From assembly GCA_964595665.1 (NCBI GenBank), contig CAZQQS010000005.1, forward strand, positions 2,159 through 34,158: DNA of 32,000 bases. The letters run 5' to 3'. Shown piece after piece: positions 31,972 through 32,000 of the stretch. Source of the stretch: an uncultured archaeon (GTDB lineage: Archaea; Iainarchaeota; Iainarchaeia; Iainarchaeales; 0-14-0-20-30-16). Each line of letters begins with the position of its first letter. Positions within the stretch are counted from its first letter, which is position 1. A program made the position numbers and the translations under genes. The notes under the pieces were generated by a model. The model did no database searches. It saw only the letters and a program-made list of their open reading frames with translations, and was not told where the DNA came from.

Positions 31972-32000
31972 AATATAATAAGTACATTAAGATTTATTAA

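Noticed and set aside
1-32000. A search across the window for CRISPR arrays, tRNA/rRNA genes, transposases, integrases, toxin-antitoxin pairs or prophage remnants, and for signs of an alternative genetic code.
   Set aside because: No spaced direct repeats, no GC-rich structured-RNA islands and no recombinase or transposase motifs were seen. All conserved genes read through intact with the standard code.

Overview
This window is strongly AT-rich and very gene-dense. It reads as an archaeal chromosome segment: it encodes RFC small and large subunits, ribosomal protein L15e, three RNase P protein subunits, an Hjc-like resolvase and an EndoQ-like nuclease. The compactness, the many 1-25 nt gene overlaps and the composition suggest a small-genome, DPANN-like lineage. 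That lineage call is inference only.

I support about 37 protein genes, two of them below the 60-aa ORF-track cutoff. I found no tRNA, rRNA, CRISPR array, transposase or integrase.

Main blocks:
1. 1-6926 (-): a complete Epd/Tad-like type IV filament operon. It has a FlaI/TadA-type ATPase, two separate single-domain platform genes, three tandem Flp-sized pilins (one missing from the ORF track), an A24 prepilin peptidase and four minor pilin-like genes.
2. 8488-12968: a thymidylate module with long-form ThyX, SHMT and a P-loop kinase fused to dCMP deaminase.
3. 12965-25001 (-): a long co-directional run. In transcription order it is bacterial-type MutS, MutL translationally coupled to an Hjc-like nuclease, a patatin-like lipase, a mini archaeosortase-like protein, an EndoQ-like nuclease, SecF, SecD, an orphan pilin-like gene and RFC-L.
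4. 25106-26754 (+): L15e followed by Rpp30, Pop5 and Rpp21.
5. 26761-31971: an uncharacterised cluster. It holds a 977-aa cytoplasmic coiled-coil protein with a PEPK-repeat linker and a C-terminal two-helix membrane hairpin, a 211-aa protein of the same architecture, a polytopic membrane protein and a divergent RIO-like kinase-fold protein. These genes are linked by a shared 15-nt promoter motif and a shared Pro/Arg/Lys-rich N-terminal peptide.

Block 5 is my best candidate for an undescribed system. All family assignments rest on motifs read by eye and need HMM or structure searches.
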